From Phoronis australis (lineage: Eukaryota > Animalia > Phoronida): a stretch of DNA of 64,000 nt. The translations under genes were made by a program, and so were the position numbers. Positions 40,598-54,524 of this stretch are shown piece after piece (within the stretch, counting starts at the first letter, position 1; each line of letters opens with the position of its first letter). Below the pieces are notes generated by a model. That model was not told the origin of the DNA. It searched no databases and saw only the letters and a list, made by a program, of their open reading frames with translations. Location: assembly GCA_002633005.1 (NCBI GenBank), contig NMRA01000236.1, positions 26,686-90,685 on the forward strand. The letters are read 5' to 3'.

Positions 40598-40635
40598 CTG
40601 AATGGTATTTCGGTAAATGCAAAGCGGTCTTTATA
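40598..40635 (-). promoter_or_regulatory. TATA box and Inr-like start for the discoidin gene
   Basis: TATAAAG at 40635-40629, CCATTC about 30 nt downstream (40605-40600), and the ATG at 40558. Confidence 0.6.
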
Positions 40636-40689
40636 CGATTTCGTGTCACATTGGTCATCAATCACATGGAAAATGTCCGTAACTATATT

Positions 40690-41317
40690 AGCCCAGCCCA
40701 CTACACGTCAGGTTGACGTAGGCTGTGCAAGTTAAAGTTATCACATGATGGTAGCACTTTGTCGGTAATAGTCATTTTCATAGATATCTCATTTGAGAAC
40801 CAGTTAGTACCTGTAGAAACAACGGTTATTATTTGTGGGTATTACCCAGCAGCCCGCACGCCGAATTTGACGGGGAACATTTGCCACGGTTTTGTGTGCC
40901 AGTGGCTAACTTTGGGTAAATTCTCAAAGGAGTTAGGCACTCTATTTTTTCCCATCTCCTGCTCCCCCTCCCACCTCGGCACGGTGGGTGAACCCAAAAT
41001 ACTATCTAACACCCTTGCATTGGAAGTGACTGGTTCTCCTTTCAGGAAATCCACAAACTGACCATGCGTGTATTATAAAAACATAACAGCAGTACTTGTT
41101 TTTGAACAGTATAGAGACAAAGCTTTTTATTGTTATCCAAAGCAATCCGGTCAAACTGGCAAAAATAAATCAAGTACCCACAGTGTTTCTGGGGTTGGAA
41201 GTATTGTAGGCTTACTTAGGATCGTTTTGCATATTATACGCCAAGGGTTAAGTGAACCATCTCAGCTAAAATCAATGGATCACTCAGAGGCCGTCACACC
41301 TGTGTAGTGGCTGGGCT
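40690..41317. mobile_element. Small non-autonomous TIR element just upstream of the promoter
   Basis: agcccagcccactacac..caggttgacg pairs with cgtcacacctgtgtagtggctgggct. No clear TSD. Confidence 0.55.
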
Positions 41318-41555
41318 TTGCGAAGTTCTGCAAAAATGTATGTTTCTCCGGGAGTCTTAGAAACTAACCTTCATTTTTCAGAAAGTAGAACAACAAAGTA
41401 GACCCTGCAAGAACTGCACAGGCGATGAAGAAGGATAAGCAGTTTAGGGAGGAAGGCTGGCTGACACCACAGCAGGATAAAGGTTTCTTTTCATGCGTGG
41501 CTGTGTTGAAATGAGCTGGGAAATCGTAAAGTTATGGAGATAGTGAAGTTGACAG

Positions 41556-41715
41556 CAGTGGCGGATTGAGTGGGGGGCCAACGGGGCCAGGCCCCCCCTA
41601 AAATTCTCCCAGATTCCATTTGGCAGTTCAGAGGTGCGATTGTCTGACTGGCAAATCCTGGCTAATACTTTGTCCTGCCCCTCCCCCCTAACTCAAAATC
41701 CTGGATCTGCCCCTG
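41556..41715. mobile_element. hAT5-like MITE
   Basis: CAGTGGCGGAT..ATCTGCCCCTG termini with an exact 5-bp TSD GACAG. Confidence 0.8.
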
Positions 41716-41733
41716 GACAGTCAGTGATGTCAG

Positions 41734-43077
41734 GGCCCGGTCTCCAATCTCCGTACTCAGACTCGAATCATACTCAAACTCACACTTCATACTCAACTCG
41801 AGTACAGGCTCAGCTTTGGTGTATTCAATGACATTCTAGAAAAATCTAAATCTCGAAATTTCGAGCACGTACTCAATTTTCGAGTATTCTCTAACTGAAG
41901 TGTATTTCATCTATATTTCGACTACGATTTTGAGTAAAACTCCGAGTATATGCTCCAAATTTCAAGTTTGGTCTGGCAGTGTGCCTGAAATCGTATTCGA
42001 AAATAAATACAAGCGAGATAACAAAATATCGAAAGGTCACCGAGAGACACAGCAAATCTAAAAAAAATAAGTCCTCTTACCACATTTCAGCGCTTCAATT
42101 TCAGTTCAGAGCTAATAGTTTTCATTTTAAATCTTCTCATTCTTCATCTTATTAACCCGCCGTATCACTGCATGTCATCGCCGCCTTCTTACTCTACGAT
42201 TCCTGGCAACATGAGCATTCTAATCCCTTGTCGGCGAGTTAATATAAGTGTCAAAAGCAGTTGTGGGGAAAGTCGTGTGAGAAGTTTGTGGTGCCCTTAT
42301 TTCAGTAGGTGCGCTTACGGTTTGTAGGGTTTCCAAAAGACGAGGAGACGAGGAAAGTTAAAAACAGTCTATAGTTTAGTCATCTATAATTCCTCAATCC
42401 CCGAATGGTATTCCATATTTTGTTTACCGATTTCTAAGTAGACGTCTCGTCCCGTTCACTGGTGAATTCTGAATGCCTGCACATGTATTGTTTTTTAACT
42501 CACGCGCCAAATGTCAACTAACTTGATACATCTCGGTAAAAATACAAAGATACAGTATCGAAGTTTTGTTACCAGCGTAGGCCTACACAGCAATGGGTTC
42601 TATGTCAAGAAGAAATTAGCAAAAGAGAACGGATTCTTTGATGTGATAAGTAGTTACAAATTTCTTAACACATTTAAGGGAGATGAGGAACTCAAGAAGT
42701 AAAGCTTAACAATTGTCAAATGTATCCGAGTCAAAGAAATGGTATAAGAATATTGTATTGAAACTGAAAAAATGAATAACAGTTACAGAACACTCAGAAT
42801 TCCACGTTAAATTTGTAGCAGACGATAATGGAGTTGCAGGGGTGGCCTGTACCAACAGGGAGCGATGAATCAGCGTGACTTTGCGTGGTTTTGCGTTTCA
42901 CATCATAAAGAATTCCATAGCAACTCGAGTATGAGTGTCAGATTTGAGTACATTTGCATTCTACTCGAAATGCGACATTAGATACGCTTTTTTGAATACG
43001 ACTCCAGTGAGCACGATTTTGAGTATGAAATCTCGAGTATGAGTATGAGTCTGAGTACGGAGATTGGAGACCGGGCC
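41734..43077 (+). mobile_element. PIF/Harbinger-type non-autonomous element
   Basis: TIR GGCCCGGTCTCCAATCTCCGTACTCAGACTC at both ends and TSD CAG (41731-41733, 43078-43080). Confidence 0.88.
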
Positions 43078-43080
43078 CAG

Positions 43081-43951
43081 GGCCCGTGGAATTCTGAGTG
43101 TTCTGTAACTGTTATTTTTTCAGTTTCAATACAATATTCTTATACCATTTCTTTGATACATTTGACAATTATTAAGCGTTACTTCTTGATTTCCTCATCT
43201 CCCGAAAATGTCTTATTGTAACAGCTTATCACATCAAAGAACTATCTTGCTAATTTAGTCTTGACATAGAACCCGTTGCTGTGTAGGCCTGAGCTGATGT
43301 CAAATCTTAGATACTGTATCTTTGTATTTTACCGGGATGTATCAAGTTAGTTGGCATTTGGCGCGTGAGTTGAAAAACAATACATGTGCAGGCATTCAGT
43401 GATCATTAGTGAACTTTTTCCACATTTGCTTTCGACACATGTCATGACTCGCCGACAAGGGATTAGAATGCGCCTGTTGCCAGGAATCGTAGGAATCGGC
43501 GACCATGACATGCAGTGATACGGCGGGTTAATAAGGTGAAGAATAAGAACATTTAAAATGAAAACTATAGCTCTGAACTGAAATTGAAGCGCTGAAATGG
43601 GTAAGAGGACTTAATTTTTTTAGATTTGCTGTGTCTCTCGATGACATTTTGATATTTTGTTCTCTCGCTCGTATTTACTTTCGAGTAAGATTTCAAGCAC
43701 ACTGCCAGACCAAACTTGAAATTTGGAGCATATACTCGGAATTTTTCCTCAAAATTGTAATCGAAATATAGATGAAATACACTTCGCTTCGAGTATACTC
43801 GAAAACTGAGTACGTGCTCATAATTTCGAGTACAGATTTTTCGAGTATGACATTGAATACACCAAAGCTGAGTCTGTACTCGAGTTGAGTATGAAGTTTG
43901 CGTTTGAGTTTGAGTATGATTCGAGTCTGAGTACGGAGATTGGAGACCGGG
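43081..43951 (-). mobile_element. Adjacent inverted, internally deleted copy of the same element
   Basis: Reverse complement of ~41737-42806. It begins ggcccg right after the shared CAG. Confidence 0.85.
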
Positions 43952-45262
43952 ATCAAATTTCATCTTCGCCCGAAAATTGTGCAATCCGTTGGGTTGCCTC
44001 AGTGATTTAACCAGTTGTTATTGATGTGATGTTGTAGAAACTGAGGCAAATGCAAAATGCATTATAGCAACACTTGCTGAGATTTTGTTAGTAAAATCAG
44101 GAAATTTGGTCGGTTTCCAGTTTATTTAAAGATGTTAGTATTTCAAAATTTAAATTCATATTACATTCAACGTCACTTAAATAAAAAGCGAGGCCTTAAC
44201 TGAGTGTTGACTTTTGTACAAGCCAAATGAAAGGTGGTGACTTGTAGAGCGGGATCCCAGAGCTTTTTTGGGCATGAATAGGTAACCATTTTTCTCTGGT
44301 GCCACAGTGCTTTATGGGTATCCTCATGCTTGGAAATGGCCGTTTGGCAGGTTCGCTTTGGTGGGTGTCAGGGGAGCCAAGAGAATAGGCACTCAGAAAT
44401 CAGCTAAATCAACTTTTCTGGTAACCTCTTCAAACTGCCTTGGATACCTACTGCGTAATCCACTGTATTAAAATTGGTCACTGCCAGACAATTTCAGTGG
44501 TGGTGGTTATCAGCCAGATGGTTATAAACAAGGTATAAAATTGAGCTAGATCAATCCAAAAGGTAACCACATGAAACAAGTTTCCAAATATTCTATGTAA
44601 CCTCATGTATCATGAGTAAACATCACGAGACAAGTCTAACCAGATTAATCCGCCAGGTAACCGTTTGAAGCCATTTGCAAAATGTCGAGCAACATGCATA
44701 CAACAAAAGGTAATTTACAGGTATTTTCTGCACAGTTTTGGACGATGCAGGGGCGACTTTTTATTTGACGCCTCTCTCTCTCAATTCAAATGCATATATC
44801 CTATTCAGGTCCATAGCCAAAATTGAGTGGGGGAGTGGTGGTTCGAATTTTAAAAACGATGAACCTTTGATATTTTGCAAACGTCGACACTGTAAAGTTT
44901 TCTGTAAGGCCTTTGTCGGAAGGGAAATTTGTATAAACAGAGATGACTCTCAGCTCTATGTTTATGAAATGAGATGGAATTTGTAATACCAGAAATGAGG
45001 ATGCTGTGACGGTTGCTCCCAAAGAACGAGACACAAATTCGGATGCAATGTGGTCCAGAAAAGGAACGTTCTCGCATTACCTCCTGCCAAAGTTTCTTAA
45101 CAACCATGCTTTAAAAATGAGTGATTACATCTCACTGTATACTCAGACGGAAATATGAAGTTTAGTCGGCGAATAACTTCATTGACAAAACTATTTATCT
45201 GATTGTATTTTAGCGTGTTACTTAAGTTGCATACATCGCAGGAAATGGGAACAGCCCAATAT

Positions 45263-45332
45263 TTCGAAGGTTCACTACTCGAAGGTTCACAATTCCGAAG
45301 GTTCACTACCTTGAAGATTCACTACTCCGAGG
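45263..45332. repeat. ~16-bp minisatellite (cgaaggttcactact), about 4 copies
   Basis: Visible tandem units. Confidence 0.75.
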
Positions 45333-45808
45333 ATTTACTGCTCCAACAATTTTCTAAACTTTCAAACTCAGATATGATTTTTAAACTTTTACACGCAAAC
45401 AACGATATTTCGATTATTAGATATGAATCGAACTCCTGTCCTGGATAGCCGAGGTAGAAAGGTCACTTCTCAAGAGGATACGTTCCGCTTCATTTACATC
45501 ACTTCCTCTCACTTTCGAGCTTCTGAAATGTCAAGTGTTTTCAGAGTTGTTTCTCCTGGCAGTTTGGAAAAAATGCCACTCTTGATGCGACTGGCAGGGT
45601 CAGAAAAATTCGTGAACCTGCACCTTAGATCAGCCATCATTGAACTACCGCCTGTTCGTGCTTTAGTTTGGTAATCAATTAGACGAACAAGTCCAGTTTG
45701 ATTCTACATTCAATGTCAACGTTTTGTGCTCTTAAGATTAATTTTAAACATTTAAGCAAATCAATTCTCTTAATTGTTATGATATATTTACGGCAGTTTT
45801 AAAATATT

Positions 45809-46953
45809 ACAAGAGTAACGCGGAGCGTTGAAATGCGACCACGAATGCATAGCAAACTGAACGGTGTGCTTTCAGGGTTACTTAGTTGCATCATAAAAAT
45901 GGCCACTAGATGACGCTAAAACGGACAATCCATCCAAAAAATAGGAACTTGCCATATTTCATAAAACCTGTCAAGGAACGTCAGAGAAACAATGGAAAAC
46001 AGAATAAAATGAAATTGCCATTAGTGGGTACAGAATCCGTTGGATCCGCCTGAAGTCGTCGTCGTCTGCTGTTATTTTAATACAGCTATGGGTGCAAAAA
46101 AACTGCCACTAGGAGGCGCCACAGTAGTCAGTTGCCATCACCAAACGTCCTCTTCACACTGAGAACATTTCAATTTTCAAAACCATCCCTAGAAGAATTT
46201 GGTTGATAGAGGGGTGGACGTCAAAACAGGGTTTGAAAACAGGAAAAATGGCCACTAGGTGGCGCAAGATACCTTGATTACATCCAAAAACAGAAGAAAA
46301 GCGTCATCTCTTCACTGTGCCTGTATTCACAATTTTATGAAAATCTGTTGAGGACCTTTGAAGATACAGAGGTAAACGTAAAAAACTAAAATTGCCACTA
46401 GGGGGAACACCAATGGTCAGATCCGTCCGGATGTCGTCGTTCTTTGTTGTCAAAATCATATAAATACACTTGCTAAATTAAGTAAAGATCCTGCAAATGG
46501 TTTAGAAAATACATAGCCATGAGCGAAAAAAAAATACCAACAGGAGGCGCCACAGTAGTCGAAATCGTCGGAAAATCATCGTCAGCCGTCCACTTCATAG
46601 TAAGAACATACATGACAATTTTCGCAATTTCCTTTGAGCGGTTTGGTTGATGGAGGGACGGACGCCAAAAAACTGGAAAACAGCAAAAATGGCCACTGAG
46701 TGGCGCAAAATACCTCGAATCCATCCGGAAACGATAGGATAGCGTCACCTTAAATGCCTATGTGCCAAATTTCATGAAAATATGTAGAGGACCTTTCAAG
46801 ATACAGAGGCAAACGTAAAAAACTAAAATTGCCACTAGGGGGCACAGCGGTATTCGGGTGAATCCGAAACTCGTCGCCCTCTGTCATCAACCCTATAGAA
46901 ACACGCCTGCCAAATTTCAATAAGATCCCTATAAATATGTGGGCGCATAAAAA
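45809..46953 (-). mobile_element. Helentron-associated HINE/DINE-1-like element with a central tandem array
   Basis: Same ends as 59364-61117 (tttttatgcgcccacat ... cgcatttcaacgctccgcgttactcttgt) and ~145-bp subunits. It lacks the (GTCC)n tract. Confidence 0.75.
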
Positions 46954-48867
46954 TGCGTATAAACGGCGAACATATAGTGACTGATTTTACACGACAAATA
47001 CCCGAAATTGGGGTTTGAAATAGCAAAATTCAGACACCTTTCCGAAAGAATGCTTGCATTGCTGACAAAGTTTTTTTGGTTTCATTTCAAGGGCATGGAG
47101 TCTTCTACATGCCCATGCTAATTTTTTCAGTTTTCTCGTGGGGGCAGCTGAGATAGAAGGTTATAACACCCAGGCCAACCCGCGATCGAGAACGCCCGAA
47201 AGGCGATAGAGAACGAGACCTTGAACCAAAAATGGCAGACGACAGTTACGTACCCGGTGAGTTTAAATGTCATTTTCTGCTTAAATTGAGGCTACTTTGG
47301 TACGAATGCTACACACAGAAAAGCGTCAGAGTGTAACTTTTGTTGTGGATCTGAAATAATACTTGGTTTTTGCTTATTTTTAAAATAAAGAGCTCAGAAA
47401 GCAATGGCTTTCGGTAAAATGCCTTGCGCCTCGTAAAATCGACAATTTCTGCTTGTTCTTAGCAATTCCAGGGTTCTTAACAAGAGACGTGTGACGTTTA
47501 TAGGGGCCTAGTTTAACCGTCTCTGGTGACACCTTTGTTAGTTATGATTTGTGAAACAATTTGAGATATTTATCAATACAAACAGGTCTTTGTGTGAGAC
47601 AGCGATCGGGAACGACGTCGTTAATTCTCTATGGCGATCGTGAACGTACTTTTTTTCTCTGCAATGGCCTGAATAGTCGTTCAAGTTACGGTATTACGTC
47701 AATAATTTTAGAATAATACGGAGCCTGAATTAGTTGATGGGTTGATTATTAATTACATTTTATCGATTTTTATCATGATTTCTAAATGAGATTTAGCCTA
47801 ACCAACATATTCTAACTGAATGCGTTGGATTTTTTTCAGTTGACCTGCAGCTACACCACGAGTCCTTCAGGGTGTTAACGTTCATGCATTCAAAAAAAGA
47901 GTAGTACAACTGCTGCATGTCACAAAGGAGTGCGTGTAGAGCTTCGTTCGGGAACTAAGAAATCGACTTAGTATGACCACATGACAATAAAACACAGTGA
48001 CACTTGAACAAGCAAGACCTTTACCAACCCTGCACGCGTTGCATACGTCATGCAAACAGTATGCCTTCTTCTACAGGCATAGCAAGCAGAAACGTCATGA
48101 CTGAAATCATTAAGTCCAGTAGATTTAAATGGCCATACTAAGTGTCATACGGCAATACTTACATACAATTGTTCTGACCAATCAGTATTTTAAAAGAAAA
48201 TTTATGTCTATGATAATTGTAGAAATTGCTTTCTGATAATTGTAGAAATTGCTTTCATATTGTTGTTGGTTTCCTGTGAGAGACTATCATACTATCAATC
48301 AGTCCCAAATACATTGTCTATGATTCAGTGATGATTTCGTCTGTCAGAATATAGACTGGCACTATTTTTAGTTGTATTGTTTTGTTTTGTTCTGTTTGAT
48401 TGGCATGACCCCTGAGTTAGAATAGTATGGAACTTTCTAGAAAACTGAAGTCACATAGGCGGATTTAGGGGGGGGGGCTGCCGCAAAAAAGCAGCAAGAA
48501 CGTAGTGAAATGATGAGTTTATTAATTATCCGCGGTAGTTAAAATTATACGGCTGAAACAAGATTTAAATGCGTGCAGTTTTAATGTTGGGGGGGGGGCT
48601 CAGATCCAATTTCAAGTGTCAAATTCGGAAAATAGCGCAATCGTAACGGAACTACGGCTAAGTATAGGCTCTCCCGCGCTATCTCAGGCGACCGGCAGTG
48701 GCGCTGGCTCCTCTGTGCAATGAAGAAAATTACTTCATTTTTTAAAGAAACTGGAATCTGAGTGATGGTGAAAAAACAGAAGCTGCTGGTAAGATGTCAA
48801 TTTTAATCGAAGCTTTAGTGAATCACTCAGAAACTTATAATTCTCTCTTTGTCAAACCTTAACTTAA

Positions 48868-51800
48868 GAGCACGTCCACGAATGGACCAGGCAAAAAGTG
48901 ATAAAGGCAATGTCACGGATTTCCTCGATTGTTTGCATGATGGTAGGGGTTGATGCCCCAACCTTCATACCCACATTAATTTTTTTACGTGCGCCACCTT
49001 GTGGTTGTTATGGGAACGTGTTGTTTTTCTGCCAATTCTAAGCCTCGTTACAGCTACATTTTGGCACTTTTTGCGAACTTACCTTGGGAACAATAGTGCA
49101 AAATGAAATACTTCAAGTTTATCACTGAATTAAAATGTCTTTCAACTTGGCAGTCATAAAAAATATCACGGTTTCAGTTACATCTTAGCTATTTTTGAAG
49201 GCTACCAGTTTAGCTAGTTTGTGGTGATTCCGAAATGTTGAAAATTGCCCTACTTCCTGCCTCAATATCTCAGCTGAAGCCAAATTTAAAACAACAAAAC
49301 TACAACCAGTGTTTAGATTGATCTTAGCTCTACAAAATAAAACCATAAAAAGTCTAGGAAATTACCCTTCTTCATACCGCATCGGGCTCTAGAAGTAGGG
49401 TACCTCACGAAAATTGTACAACTGACCAATGTCTGCACAGTAACAAATGTATGCGAGGATTCAAAATTTGAAATCTTAAAATAGGCGATCGAACATATCA
49501 AGAAAGCTTTAATTTTGCTACTTTACAGAAAAGAATGAGAAGCACAACAAGGCACGTTGGTTTCCTTTGACCCTGACGATAACGCTGACAATAGCATGTG
49601 CATATACTCACCGTTTCAAAATGCATTATGGTTGAGTAAAAAAATCAATAAAGTAAGTCTTCAGTAATACATAACTACGAACTCGAATTCTGAAATTTTA
49701 ATGTGTGGGTCTGATTGAAATTTAGTTTTCTAATGTTCTCGAAGTCGGTTGATCGTGTCCCGACGCATCTCAATTCAACGAATTTTATAAAAAACAATAA
49801 TAGGTGTATTGGGCCGGAAGGAGACAACTGCATCTCCATACAGTGTATATCACCAAACCCGAACAAATCAGACAGCAAAGTAGTTAGTAATAAAAAAGAG
49901 ATATATTGAAATGGTATGGGATAGATGCTGTGAAATGAGGGTAGAAAAACTGATCTTGTAAGGACAATCGACTACCTGTGAAATTGGCGTTATTGAATAA
50001 CTTTTCTTACGCTTGTCTTTCGGGAAAGTACCCGAACAGCACACGCCCAGATGTGCATATGGATGTCTGAATATTCTCGCATTATGGATACCAATGTTTT
50101 TTTTAGTTTTTACCCACAACGCATAGATATATTTGCGGAAGGTTCGTAGACATTTTCATAAAAAACACAGGAGACCGAGTATTTCACACGCAAGATAGCA
50201 GAAAAATCAGTTCAGATGTTTTTTTTTGGATCTATCACACTTTCAATGGCGGATTTCGGGAGGGCGCCAAGGGGGCCATGCACCCCTAAAATTATCCCAG
50301 ATACCATTTGTAAGTTCGGGGTGCGAATTGTTGACTAGCATATGCGCGCACCCAGGGGCTCCGGGGGCGAATGCACAATGCATTGGCCTTGAACAAACCC
50401 GTTTAATGGATTTTCTTAGTAATAAGGTCTACAAACTCAAAAATTCGAGACCCCTGCATCCCTACTTTTTAGGGTGGGCGCGTGGATGTGGCGAAATTCT
50501 GTGCCCTGACCCCCCCAAATCAAAATCCTGGATCCGCCCGAGTTTAGTATGGGAATGGAATGGTGTTTGGTGCTTACCATCAGTCCAAAAATTCAGAAGT
50601 CTCGACACTAATAGATGTAGTATCAGCTACTTCATCGAAAAATCATAAGACAATGCAAGTTCAGCAAAACGAATTTTTAAAAATACACAAACATTCAGAC
50701 TGCATATAGGTGAACTTGAGTAATCCTGCAAAGAGATTTTGGAACAAAGTTGGGCAATATTTAAAAACTGTCCTGATTTAAATTATTGTTTATTATGTTA
50801 GACATAGAGATGCAGCAGAGCAGGTTATACTGTACTTATGTAGCAAAACGATAAGATAGCCAATCATTAAACAAGCACCAAAGTAGTTTAGAGAATAGTA
50901 ATATTATATTGAGGCTGATATAGGACACAGGCAAATTACACACCATAAATCAAGTAAATAGAAAAGAACAAATGTGGTCACATTTACATAATGCGAGAAA
51001 ATTAGGTGTACAATGAGACACCTTTAGTCAGCACAGATGACACGTCACGAAATAGAAATAGCATTTTGTCTGACTACTTTTGACATACTATATTTCAAAT
51101 GTCTCTGAGTCTTGTATACCTGAAATGTGCTACTGCGGCAATTCCATTGACTCAACAATCTTTTGTCACAGTCCAAATCGACGGTCTTCCTCAGCGATTC
51201 TTTTCATTCCAAAGGCATCAAACTGTGCGAGTTTCCCAGGTCGATTGAGTGCTGCTAAACGGGAAATTATTTAATCTGCTGAGGTGAGAGACATTCTTCA
51301 GAACATCACTATGACCAGGAGCAATACATTCATGGGTTAAAGATAATGCCTTGCTGGCTTTTTGTTTGTAATATCGCTAGGACCTTTCGGCAAATTCATC
51401 GATGTCAGTTAGAAGCTGGGTCCTAACAGGGTTGACTCTTCCATCAGATGCAGCAGTGAGAAACTGATTCGACTTATGGATCTTTGGCAAAGGCGTGGGC
51501 AGCCAAAATGATGGTTGGTCCCCCTCTCGTTTCCACTTGAAAATTTTGCCTGTAAATATTACAATTATATGCAACTTAATCCGTAAACACAAGAATTATA
51601 CTTTCAATAAATAGCCTTTCCCCAAAGAATTTATTTTCACCATTCAAAATAGCTTGGAAAGATGGCCACTCACATATGCATGCAACCCTCATTGTGTGCA
51701 AGCAGCACTCAAAACAAAAGGTGTCGTCAATTAATCAAAATGTAAGTTCACTACTAAAACCTGGAAAACCATCAGTTTTAATATATAACATTGCCATGGT

Positions 51801-54524
51801 TTCGAAATGCCATAAAGTTAAGACAAGATACAACACTCGTCATGCCACGATGCTGATTGAGAAAATTTTATGTTTTAGTACATGATTTTCAGGCTAAAGG
51901 GAATACAATGCATCTTCAATATTTTTTGCTAAATGCACCTTTCAAAATTTGCCTCAGTGGTGACTATCACAACCCCGAGCAACTATAAAAATCCTGTTAT
52001 GACCTACTTGGAGTACCTAAGCTTTCATTTCAAGCAGTCTTCCATCTCAGAGGAATTTTCAAATGTCTACAGTTGTGGTGAAATAACTGGCACAGAACTA
52101 AACAGATTGTGCACTTATGAACATAGTTCCTCACCATAAACATAGTTCAAGGTCTGTTAACGCTATCCACTGACTCACAAGTTCTGGCCCAAACTCGCAA
52201 AACAACTTATGCGCCCAAAAATCACTGTGCGTGGAGCCAAATCCACTTTGTCTGAGAGACACGGTTGACAAGATAGTAAATTACAAAGTGTTTTGTCTGC
52301 AAATACAAGGACAGTGTTACAGTCCATCAGTAATGTTTCCTAGCAGATGAGTTAGTGAGACCGTCACCAGTTTTTGAGTCAATGTGCAGTTTACAAGCCC
52401 ACCAGCCCTGTTTATATTTGAGGCAATTTGCAAACCTTTTAGTTACATATTCCTGTAACTATGGACAACTTGTGCAGTAAAACTTCCGAGACGCAAAATT
52501 CACTGAAAGCACGGCATTTTATTTGTCTACGAGGTTTATAAGCAAGCACAATACAACTGAAATAAAAATCTACTACAACTACTGTTTTGCTATCATTAAA
52601 TGTTGATGCACTTAATCCGGGAACCAAGAATCTCAGAAAAAGGTTTTGTGCAACAACACTCCAATTCATGAACTAACTACTTACAAGTACTCTTTCTGTA
52701 GTAAGCTCAACAACAGTGGCTAACTTCTTTGGTAAACGCTTACAATTTCTGCATAGACCTGCAATAGAATTTTATGGAAGTAGGAATAACAGAACTCCTA
52801 ATACAATGCTGTATTTTGAATCCCCAAATGCTTTCCCCAGTCTTATTCTTGAGGTTGAATGTTTCAGCTACTAGGGACCCTAACGTTGTTAAAACTTTAG
52901 CCATGTTAATTAAATTAGGCCCCATTGTAATGGGGTTCCACTGCATATTCGGAAAATTATGTATCTCTGGTTATACAGATAGAGCAATGTGACCAATCAG
53001 AAGTGAGTACAGGTGAATTAGATGAGAAATTGGTGTCAGCTAGGAGACAAGGGCTTGATTAAATCTTTTGATAATGGACACCAAATTTCCACTTCTTACA
53101 AACGCATATTCATAAAATGGAATGTATTTCGACAAACCCTAAATATTGAGATGAAGTGAATATTTTACTAAATTAAGTCAGTACTGGAAAAAGTTACTAA
53201 AATTACTCTAGTACTCGGGTGTCGCTTTACTTCATGTAGGGTTGTGCCCTTCCTGGCGACTGCAGTCGGAATCTAGTTGAAAAAGCAAATATAATAAAGT
53301 CGTTATCAACAGGTATAGAGTATTGATGACCTGCAGCTGCATAACAACTTACCTGACCCAACTGGAATCGATACATTCTGTTCTTCCAGAAATTCTTTGT
53401 TGACTGTATTTCCACTTACATTCCAAACTCTAGCTTGGTCTTGGACTTAAAGCCTTTCTGATGTTGAAGGTGGGCACATATCTTACTTTTACTTGGCCTC
53501 CATCTGATTCCATGCTGAGATCGACGTTTTCCACAAACTGGGGGGGGGGGAGACTGTTGTAAACAAGCCCACTCTGACCCTGGCAAGAATCAGCTACCAC
53601 TTTCGGTGACTTTAACATAATTCAAATGGTTTGCTATGGACTTGCTGCAATCAGTTAGTGCTTCAATTGCTTGTTGCATGGTTTCGATATTCATTTGAAG
53701 CTCCATAAACCAGATTTGAAGGATTATGCCAACGAATTACACACTATAACTATTTCATCCACAGCCATTTTTTCTTCAGTGTTATCAGAGAACCTGTAGG
53801 GGTTTTCATCAAAATGGTAATTCACAGTTTAAAAAGAACAAAAAATACTAATTTTATTGAATTTTATTTGCTAAGAAATAAGCCCAATAATTTAACAACC
53901 ATTTGAGCGCTTTTAAATCTCAAAATTCAACATTTTTGATGACTAGTAGCTATTGTCACAAGTGCTCACTTTGCCTGAGGTGGCTGCGAACAATTGCTCA
54001 TTACTATATGAAGACATGTGTTTGCCGGTGGTTTTGATGGCAAATATCTATTCTACTAAGATAGATAAAACCCACAATTAAGTTTCAAAGTGTAGAATTT
54101 GGCTTCAGCTGAGATTGACTCATTCAAACCTGGGCAAGTTATCCATATTTTCTGGTTGTATGACCCCATGACCCTTCAAACCCAAAATGTGGAAGTTAAG
54201 GTGCAACTTGACACTTTTATTTTTCATTTTTAAGAAGACAATGGATGACTTTATACAAAACAGTAGCTATTTCATTTTCTAGTAGCTTCTGTAATTACTT
54301 ACAATGTCACAAAACTGTGATTATTGGGGTAAGTTCTGATAGTGGTTTTCAGTGAAAACTGAGGTACCCGACTTTTAAGCAACCTAACGCGATAGAATTT
54401 GTTTAAAGTGCATTTTAGTAATTACCATAAGAAAGTAAACAAAAATGCATAATATGATCCAAATCCGTCACAGGGTTTATCACCCCTGTATGTATTTTTG
54501 CCTGGTCTGAAGTGTACTGCATTC
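48868..54524. mobile_element. Kolobok-like element (TTAA TSD, GA..TC termini) with a decayed minus-strand multi-exon ORF
   Basis: TTAA at 48864-48867 and 54525-54528. The TIR gaccaggcaaaaa..gtgataaa..tgt.acggattt and the subterminal ctcagctgaagccaaatt occur at both ends. Confidence 0.75.
50244..50540. mobile_element. hAT5-like MITE, same family as 41556-41715
   Basis: caatggcggatt..cccctaaaatt.tcccagat.ccatttg..caaaatcctggatccgccc with flanks acttt/agttt. Confidence 0.7.

Noticed and set aside
43565-43984. 139-aa ORF, and similar ORFs at 50226-50648, 58493-58855 and 60131-60418
   Set aside because: They lie within MITE, subterminal or satellite sequence, often use non-ATG starts, and show no domain motifs.
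44801-45107. Further upstream exon of the discoidin gene
   Set aside because: No convincing splice sites or motifs, and exon 1 already has its own TATA box and signal peptide.
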